This document shows positions 13,080-22,194 of a stretch of 64,000 nucleotides of DNA, piece after piece. Numbering within the stretch: position 1 is the stretch's first letter; every line of letters starts with the position of its first letter. Under the pieces are notes generated by a model, which worked only from the letters and a program-made list of their open reading frames with translations, was not told where the DNA came from and did no database searches. Position numbers and translations under genes: made by a program. This DNA comes from Nemertoderma westbladi (Eukaryota; Animalia; Xenacoelomorpha): the NCBI GenBank assembly GCA_032718475.1, contig JAUCBJ010000200.1, positions 1-64,000 of the forward strand, given 5' to 3'.

Positions 13080-13703
13080 TATGGCATACATTTAGTATTA
13101 ATGTTCAATGTTTTTTTCTCAATGTATTTATTTTCGCAAGACGACATGCCTCACGGAAAGATGCCATTAGAAAATTAGATAATTTCCTCAATGTATTTAT
13201 TTTCTCATTGTATTTTTTCACTGCTGCATTGATAGCAAGCTACTGGTGCCTGCAGGCACCCCGCAGTCTGACAGTCCGCCCATTCCCAGCTTACACTACT
13301 GCACTATAATGTGCTAGCGATTTACCTATGCCATAGGCTAACAGAAGAACGGCATAGGCGGCAGAAGAACCTAAAATGGGTGCGACCAATGAGATATTGA
13401 GAAAAAATTCACGGTTTAGCCAATCAGATATTGAGCAAAAAAAGACAGGGCTCGGCCAATCAGATATTGAGCAAAAAAATTAACCGTTTGGCCAATCAGA
13501 TATTGAGGAAAAAACATTGATAAAATATATACACCGTTTGGCCAATCAGATATTGTGAAAAAAATCATTGAGAATGATAAAATAAATACATTGAGAAAAA
13601 AGATATTGAGAAAATAAATACATTGAGAAAAAAGATATTGCGAAAATAAATACATTGAGAAAAAAGCATTGAATATTAATACTAAATATAAATGTGTGCC
13701 ATA
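13080..13703. mobile_element. MITE with long imperfect TIRs and internal CCAAT-containing repeats
   Basis: TATGGCATACATTTAG..ttttcgcaa is inverted at 13638-13703; flanking ACAATA duplicated; internal about 41-bp 'gccaatcagatattga' repeats and 31-bp repeats. Confidence 0.7.
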
Positions 13704-14044
13704 ACAATACAAGACCTACAGTATTTATAATAATACTAATAGGTAGCTATTCATACATATATAAAATAGAAAATGTTCTATAATATAGTGATAATTATGT
13801 GAGCTAGTTTGTGGCTGTGGTAGATGATTGTAGCGAGACCTGTGCAGGTAGTACAACGCTGAAAAACACAACCCGTGTGACACTGAATTACTGGGGCCTG
13901 TGTCACTGAATCAGGACACTAAAGTATTCCGGGAGATAGTGAAGGCTTATTATATGCTGTTTCATTTATATACCATATAAAATTGTATCTTCATTTCTGA
14001 GAAAAAGTCATTAAATTTAAATCTGCATGGGCGTATCACTAGCT

Positions 14045-14625
14045 TCAAAACTGTTGACCAACATTATTGGCGGTATCAATCCTACGACTTCGAATAATAC
14101 TCAGTGCCCGGCCAGTGCATCGACCAGAGCATACTGTAGACGACGTTTTCACATAACGTCTACAGATCGAGCACCGCTTACGTTTATTATACCAATATTT
14201 AGTGTTAGTGGGGTTGGAATTACACACAGACTCTAATCCTTTAATAATAATACCCGGGGGAATTCCGCTTGTGTCTTTTTCTCGCCTTTTCCATCGCTCG
14301 CGGCATCGTTTAGAGCATATTGTTTTTGTCCTTTTAACCATGTGATTGCAGATCGGGCACCGCTTAGTAACATATTTAGTAGTGTTGGCATTATATACCC
14401 GTACCCGAAGACGCTAAATCTTTATCAACATAACCGGACACTGACTCGTCAGTCAGTACTAACAATTGTACTTATTTCCTCTTTTACAACAACAAACTCA
14501 TTGCATCTATTGAAATTGGCTGTTAAGTTGCTACAAATTTCATCATCACTAGTAGAATTCATTTCTAATTCGCCAAACTCTCTCTTTACTGTGACCTGTG
14601 AGTAATGTTGTGAGGAGGCGTTCAT
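14045..14625 (-). pseudogene. Decayed gene with two tandem Cx2Cx9CSx2C (FCS/TRASH-like) zinc motifs
   Basis: CPICNHMVKRTKTICSKRC and CSICRRYVKTSSTVCSGRC lie in one frame; the upstream segment from ATG 14625 is interrupted by stops and frameshifts. Confidence 0.4.
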
Positions 14626-15696
14626 ATATCACACTCATTTTCCTAGTATTTCAGACACGAGTTTAACGAGTACTTGCCTTTCCATCCCGAGAAAAATAAT
14701 TTTTGCACATAAAGGGTAAAAATGGAAAATTCAGCATGGTTTTAAAATCTGGTTTTGTTTGTTTTTCTGTAAATTTATATAAAAATTGAATTTAAATATC
14801 AATTTTTCTAAAATTAAACCTTAAATAGTTAATACACGTTCGTGGGGCGTCGCGCAGCACGCGAATTTGAGCAAGTTCGAAAGTTCGATTTGATTTGGTT
14901 GGAGTCAAAAGTTCGAGAGGTATTTGCCCGTAACTTTAAAAAATATTGGAACTTTTTCTGTAGTATGCCCATACAAAATTTGGTTGAAAATGGTTAAAAT
15001 CTTAAAATGTTATTTACTATTATACTATTAATTTACGTTAGATTACGTTACGTTATTAAATTACGTTAGATTACATTTTAAATGTTATTACTATTTATTA
15101 ATGTTATATTAATGAATTTTTCATTACAGACAGACAGACGGACATGGAATTTTGCCTTATTTACTAGTGCTTACTATGTACCGCGCTAAGGCTCGCCCTG
15201 ACTGCGTGGCTCGCCCCACATTGGGTAAAAACTAGTAAATTCTTTCACGACCATCATTGAGTTGCACCATCGCCGGAAAAACATAGCGACTAATGGAAGT
15301 GAAAAAATCTAGTGTAGTTTAGCTTTTTAGCAGATTATTACATTAATTTTATTCTAAATTGATACTTCTTCATAAGCTGTTTTTTTTACATAAACTATTT
15401 ATACAATATATACAAATATTACTTCCAGTCCAAGAATATTATTTTTGTAGAATTTTTCAAGTTTCGATTAATTTGGTTGCCATGAAAATTCAGTATATAC
15501 TCGTATTCCAGGTTTACCATGTTACCAGGTATGGCATCGGTGGTATGTGTGTACTTGCGTACTGCCGGCACCGCCAACCAGCACATATACTGAGCAAACC
15601 CAAAGCTGACCTGGTATATGGATTCTGTAACGAGCAATCAAGCATGCATCACACAGAAATAGAAATTTCAAGAAATAGATGGGATTGGAAGACGGA

Positions 15697-16387
15697 CAGG
15701 GGCGCAGCCACGTTCCCCAGAGTGGACCCCCCCCCCCCCCCCCCCCAAAGAATAGTTTTACATATCGTAATGATATTTTAAAGAAATTTTAAACTGACAT
15801 GTTTTCACCTCCCTCCTCCTTCAGTCCTTACTGGGTGGGGTAAACATTTTAACCGTTTGACACGACACAGCAGCGGCCGTTATGAGGGAGGTGAATAGAT
15901 CGGCCGCTCCAAAAGACGAAGGCAATCGCTCACTTATGTATAATGGTTAACTTTCAAATTTCTTTATTTTCGCACCAAGGGAGCTGCTCGGAATTCTAAG
16001 ATACTCGCAACTTAACATTAGTAAATCTATCCCCTCGACGGACACGGCGGACAAAAAACCGTCATTTTTTTAAAAGTAATAATATACTATCTTATATTAT
16101 ATTGACATAATATCTTGAAACGGGGAATTAAAAAAAGTAATTATTTTCTATTTTTGATTCTAACCAAAACAATATACGAAATTTAGGGATATGGAAACAC
16201 ACCTTTACATCAATCAGGTTTACTTATATTGTTAGTGCAGATACAGACATACAGTTCACAGGCATAGTACCCGATCAGAGTTTATTAAGATTATTTGACT
16301 TTTAAATTGAATATAAAAAGTGTAAAAAGGCCGGGAACATATAACATGATTGCCCCCTCCCCCACCCCCCCTGTGGCTGCGCCACTG
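15697..16387. mobile_element. hAT-like MITE
   Basis: TIRs CAGGGGCGCAGCCAC...GTGGCTGCGCCACTG; 8-bp TSD AAGACGGA/AAGATGGA (one mismatch). Confidence 0.8.
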
Positions 16388-16398
16388 AAGATGGAAGA

Positions 16399-16465
16399 TG
16401 CAAACCAAAAATGGCTCGCTGGTAGGGACGTACAGTCCCTACCAGCGAGCCATTTTTGGTTTGCA
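16399..16465. repeat. Perfect 31-bp inverted repeat with a 5-nt loop
   Basis: tgcaaaccaaaaatggctcgctggtagggac-gtaca-gtccctaccagcgagccatttttggtttgca. Confidence 0.92.
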
Positions 16466-16838
16466 AATTTTGGTACTCAAAACTGAGAATTAGTGCTTAA
16501 AGATATCACTTTAAAAGACCTGATCTGATAGTTAGTTCTGACAATAAAAATTGCTACGAATATGACTATGAATGCCTAAACTACTGAACGAGAGTGAAAA
16601 GGGTAGCAACTTAAGAATATAACATTTCAAGCCACATCGCTACAACTTTTGCTACAGTTACGCGGCTTACGCTACGTAACAGGCGAATTTCAAAGTAAAG
16701 TTAACACATCATTAGAGATATAAGTTGAAAAGCTGCCCTGCAACAAAAAAAGAACCCACACCCCACACCACAGTCACGCAAATTGGAGACCCCCCATTGA
16801 AAATCCATGCCTCCAGTCCCAACTCTATGCACGTCACC

Positions 16839-17480
16839 TCAATCATCATTACTCACATTTGTAGTTACAAACGGTGCAAAATCATTATATCTGACATTAG
16901 TGACAGCTTCATTTTCGTTTTCATATTTATTACTTCCACTACCAGAAAATTGCTTTTGGTTTGTGATCTTCCGTTGTATTGGCTCCTGTTTAAGGTTGTG
17001 CCAAGAATGCCAAAATTCTTTATTCGAAACGTATTTTGGACAGAAAAAACACCTTCTAGGTAACCTCTTATTACGATGAAATCTTCTTATGCGATTGTCG
17101 CGCATATCACATTTAGTACCGGAACCGGTACGAGGTTTAAGTTTAATATGATCGAAATCACCATCTATTTGAACGTAATCAGAAGGCCTATCAATCGCCC
17201 ATAAAATTTTAGCCATTACTGTCTCAACTGCAAGAATAGTATTATCACTGACCGTATCCGGGACTCGGGTTATGCTTCTCCGTTGTTTAAGTGAATTACT
17301 CTGGACAATCGTACTCCTAATTTCGCCAACCATACCATCTTTATCCACAGGCCCATCGCTTCCATTGGACCTACTGGTATTGCTTGGAATACTGGTAGAG
17401 GTATCATCCCAATCCCTGTCACTTGATTCATGAATTACAGCCGGACTCCAATCTGCCAATAGACATAGAAAATCAGCCAT
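16839..17480 (-). CDS. Hypothetical protein (213 aa), possible Cx2C..HxxH metal site
   Basis: ATG-initiated 642-bp ORF in AT-rich surroundings; upstream region has ACCGG/AGGCCT words like those upstream of the bona fide genes; no recognised homology. Confidence 0.4.
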   Translation of the reverse strand: MADFLCLLADWSPAVIHESSDRDWDDTSTSIPSNTSRSNGSDGPVDKDGMVGEIRSTIVQSNSLKQRRSITRVPDTVSDNTILAVETVMAKILWAIDRPSDYVQIDGDFDHIKLKPRTGSGTKCDMRDNRIRRFHRNKRLPRRCFFCPKYVSNKEFWHSWHNLKQEPIQRKITNQKQFSGSGSNKYENENEAVTNVRYNDFAPFVTTNVSNDD

Positions 17481-18209
17481 ATCCCTAAATCTAATACTGT
17501 ATTACGGTACCGTATCCTAACCTGCTAACTGGCTACCGGCAAGTTGCCGATGATACACAACTGCACAATCAGACAATGGCAGCTGGACAGCGGCAGTGAA
17601 ATTAATTCAGTAATTGAGTAAGAAAAGTAGCAGGCCTACTACTGTATGTACCTGCCTACGGCTATACAGTGAAAGTAGGCCTACTTATCAGAGTTTGTAT
17701 TAGGAAAATATTTCAAACTATTTATCCTGCAGTACTCACTCAGGTCAGCAGGTACTGTCAGCCTGTACAAGTCCCTAAAAGGTGCCACCCTGCTCCATAG
17801 CGCGGGAAATTCAAATGATTGGAAGACATAATTTGGGCAGTGATTTTTTATGTCCTTTTATTTGACTTTTTTTGTCCTCCTTTTTTTACGAATTATGCAT
17901 AATGACTTTTGTTGTCCTTTTAATGACTTTTATTGTCCTTTTAATGACTTTTTATGTATGTATTTCTTCAAACTGTCAGACTGCTGATTTATGGACTGTC
18001 AGACAGTTGATTTCAACATGCCTATGCCAAAACATTCAAAATTTGTTGATTTCTGGTCTGTCGGACAGTTGGTTTCACTATGCCTGTGTCAAAACATTCC
18101 ATGATTCCATGATTTATAGACTATGAGATAGAATTCCATATGCGCCTGTGGTAAAAGACTCTAAATTTAATAGTTTGTGGTTGTTGTCGATAATCGATTA
18201 CCACATGAC

Positions 18210-18771
18210 GTAGCAAAACACTCATTTTATAGCCAAAAACAATTACCAATTGATGGAAAGAAGCAGGTTAAGGCCGGATTTTCTAACCAAAACAATAAAC
18301 AGTCACTTTACCAAATCAGGGAAAGGAGCAGGTTACAGAGGCGGGATTTTCTAACCAAAACAATAAACGATCATTTAACTAATTGAGGGAAAGGAGCAGG
18401 TTACAGAGACGGGATTTTCTAACCAAAACAATAAACGATAACATTACCAATTGAGAGAAAGGAACAGGTTACAGATGCGGGATTTTCTAACCAAAACAAT
18501 AAACAGTCACTTTACCAAATCAGGGAAAGGAGCAGGTTACAGAGACGGGATTTTCTAACCAAAACAATAAACGATAACATTACCAATTGAGAGAAAGGAG
18601 CAGGTTACATAGGCGGGATTTCCTAACCAAAACAATAAACGATCACTTAATTAATTGAGGGAAAGGGGCAGGTTACAGAGGCGGGATTTTCTAACCAAAA
18701 CAATAAACAGTCACTTTACAAAATGAAGGAAAGGAGCAGGTTACAGAGGCGGGCCTTTCTAATACAATAAA
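18210..18771. repeat. 68-bp tandem satellite (about 8 copies), resuming at 31510-31590 after the LTR insertion
   Basis: Unit ggattttctaaccaaaacaataaacagtcactttaccaaatcagggaaaggagcaggttacagaggcg. Confidence 0.9.
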
Positions 18772-19948
18772 TGTAAAAGCTTTTGTGGGATAACTGATTC
18801 GTTTGCTTTGCTAACCAGTTCCCCCCAAGGCGCTGGAATACTCTAAAAGGGATCTCTAGCTCGAATAGTGCAAGCTACCGGCTGATTGGCTGATTTGCTG
18901 TACGAAGGGATCTGGGCTATGTTCGATCGTCCAACCAGCTTGGGAAGGTTGCCCCACAGCCCTGCTTTCTGTACCTGCCAATAGGATTTGAGTTGGTTTT
19001 GATTTCGACCTATCACAGATCTACTGAACTGAATTTTCCTATCTGTATGCTCATTCTCTGTGGTGGGTGGAAGCCTTTGTAAATAAGGTTATTCTTATCA
19101 GTTCAGTGTTATGTTTTTTGCCCAGAGCCTAAGAACCGGCTTTTGGCACCTCCGTGTTTTCAGTTTTTAGTCTTACACTAGTAGGCTTAATTATAAGGAC
19201 ATATATCCGTTATCATAACATAACATAACTAAACATAACATACCATACCTAATCAAACAACCTGTGCATACTTTATATTGTTATACTGCTATTTACTGTC
19301 AGTTCTTCATAATATGGTTGATGAATTATTATATTTGGAATAACGATAAATAACCCGAAAACCCAATATTCTTGATATACCGAAGGTAAGAGAGAAAGGT
19401 TACATATAACGATTGTGACTTATGTTAAAGTGGTTTGAAGTGAATCTAATGTTATTTGATAGACCCTACATGATTCGGTCCGTGTTCCTTTTATATGTGG
19501 CTAAAATCAGTGAAGATCGGCAGATCAGTGTGCAGTATTGTGCAGCATTGTGTATGAGTGAGACTGATAACGAAGCATTTCCTAAAGAATGCGCCATATA
19601 TGTGAATTATAACTAAGCCATATCGTTGTGAGTAGTTTAAGTCATAACTCTGTTTATATAGGTAGAGCGCCACGTCCTAAAGGAACTGTTAATATTTCCC
19701 GAAGGTGAATAATATTGTCAGAGATTATATAATACTGTCAGTCGAATAATACATTAGGCCTACATAGCAATACGATTAAGCCGTCGAACCCAATCTCCCG
19801 GGTATATCCAGCGGGTGAATGATCGCGCACAGATTGGTTTCGACTAGTGTAGTGAATCAAATACTTGTCATAGGCTAAAAGCGAATTATTATCTAGAAGA
19901 CATCCTAATTTGGCGGGTTAAACTGCCAAAGGTCTGAAAGCGCGAACA
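18772..19948 (+). repeat. 5' LTR of copy 1
   Basis: TGTAAAAGC...GCGCGAACA; direct repeat of 30333-31509. Confidence 0.95.
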
Positions 19949-19959
19949 ATAACGGATAT
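19949..19959 (+). promoter_or_regulatory. Non-tRNA primer-binding site complementary to LTR positions 19203-19213
   Basis: ATAACGGATAT abuts the LTR end and is the exact reverse complement of ATATCCGTTAT in the LTR; no TGG-type PBS. Confidence 0.75.
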
Positions 19960-20307
19960 TTAGTCTGTATTGCAGTGTAGGCATTAAATACAGTTTAATA
20001 TTGTTCTGGTAAGAACAATAACAGATATTGCTTCTGGATTGCGGTGTAAGCAATCTAGTCGAAAGTACCGGTCGATCGGTAACCAGTAGGCCTGACTGCC
20101 TGATCATCCGGACCGGTACCTACAGCAGTATAGGTACAGCAGTATTATTCGATTTTGATAGTTATATACCGGTAGGCCTTAATAATTAATCAGGGACTGC
20201 AGCCCTGGTTTTTTATTGAGATTTTTACTTATTTCTGTCAAGTTTTATTTGTTTGTAGGCCAGTATTGAACAGAAGGCGTGTAAGCCTGATCAGATAGTA
20301 CAGACAA

Positions 20308-20870
20308 TTTGTAGGCTGAGCTGTTGTCTGATTGCTGTTAAGTCTGAACGGATTGCAGTGTGTGTAGATCACCTGTCCGATAAAGAACGGTTAGGAAGTA
20401 GGGGCAGCCAAAGCTGTAAGGTAAACCCCCAACTAAAGAATAAGTCGTACTACTGGGTTAGAACGCATACTACCTAATCATTTCGGAGTCTGCATGTCCT
20501 GTAGTTTATTTAGGCTTGAGAGTAGTCTGCCATCGTTTGGTCTGTACTTTGTTTGTGTAGTCTGTACGGGTAGCGTATAATTTTATTTAGATAATTTGTA
20601 GGCTGGATAGTTGTCTGGCTGCTGTTGGGTTTGAGGAAATTTCGGTGTGTATAAAGCATCTGTCCGATAAAGAACGGTTAGGAAGTAGGGGCAGCCATCG
20701 CTGTAAGGTAAACCCCCATCTAAAGAATAAGTCGTACTACTGGGTTAGAACGCATACTACTTAACCATTTCGGAGTCTACATATACCGTAGTTTGTTTAG
20801 GCTTGATAGTAGTCTGTCAGTATTTGGTCTGCATTTTGTTTGAGTGGTTTGTACGCGTAGCGTAATATTT
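20308..20870 (+). ncRNA. Tandemly duplicated (about 288-bp) structured RNA element in the 5' leader
   Basis: Two copies here and two at about 45930-46500; nested stems tccga/tcgga, g(g/a)ttagg/c(c/t)taa(t/c)c, gggg/cccc, cagc/gctg, cg(t/c)..(a/g)cg with compensatory changes. Confidence 0.6.
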
Positions 20871-22194
20871 ATTATTCAGAGTTTATGCGATTATTCGCAA
20901 CATTCATTCCCCAAGTTTGTTCCTACAATAATTGTGTTTGTTATACATACCGCTATAGTTAAATTAACCCCGGTACTACACGGGCTGCTTGGCGTAGGTA
21001 AAGACTGGTGATTTTGTGCACCGGTCACTCCAGCAGATGCCGTGGTTCTTTTAGCTGTTCAAGTATATTTAACTACTGATTATATGTTGTACAAGTACTC
21101 GTACCTAATTTAGGGTTTAGTGTACAGTGCTTTCCGAAAGTAATTAGTGTAGGCATTATATTTGTGTTGTAAAGTGGTTGATAGGCACGTTCGATTAGCT
21201 CTATTAACTTCTAGGTAGGAACACTCCGTGATACATAACGTAGTACCTATAGCGATACGGCTATAGGTCGTCAGGCGGTGGTATTTTCCTATCTGGACAA
21301 CGCAGTGTATTTTACTACTACTTATTATTTTCAAATACCGTAGTACCCTGTCCGTTGTAATAACCAGATTTCTAACCCTTTGTTAGGCTGGTTTGTAGAC
21401 TTCTTGTAAAATTACCCTGAAAATTCGTATTTTGTGTTTTTTGTAAATTTTTGTGTTTATTTAGAGATTGTAATCTCACCCGAATTGTACGTAATTTGTA
21501 GTATTAAGTAACTTAGGTAAATTAGCATTATTTGTTTTAGTGTCCTATAAGTAACACTTCACTGAAAGCGTACCGCTTTGTGTAGTGATTACCCCCCAGA
21601 AATAATAACATTTATTTCAAATACTGACAAAACCCATTAAAACGGGTATATATATATTATAAATCAAATCTAACGATTTATAAATAGTAGGCCTACCATA
21701 CAACCATTAGGTCTCAATATCAGTTGGACTACTGCTCAAATAGCGGTAATAAAGTAAGTAAAGTAACCAAGTAACCCTAAAATTCAGAAATTCAATTATT
21801 TAAAATAATTGATATACCGGTATTTACGATAGGCCTATTATCTTTATTTCTATAAATTTAGGCTGAAACTATACCGGTACTTTATAATTAATTCTAGTCC
21901 AGAATTATAATTATATATACTACAAAACTGTAAGCTGTATACCGGTATTCCCGATAGGCCTATTATATATTTATATATATTTGTGCTAAAATTATACCGG
22001 TATTCTGTGATAAACCTAGTCTGTAATAATAGTTATATATACTATAAGCATACCGGTATTCTAATATATTATATATATCACGCTACACTGAGTAGCAGTA
22101 CCGGTAATTAATTACTAGGCTAGCAGTTAATACTGAGTTACTAGACTTGCTCAGACTGTAATACAGCAGTAGACATTCAACTGTACACATAAAC

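Noticed and set aside
18772-19948. Hammerhead ribozyme (retrozyme-like) in the LTR, and the 60-82-aa LTR ORFs
   Set aside because: No conserved CUGAUGA..GAAA core found by eye; the short ORFs recur only because the LTRs are repeats and show no recognisable motifs
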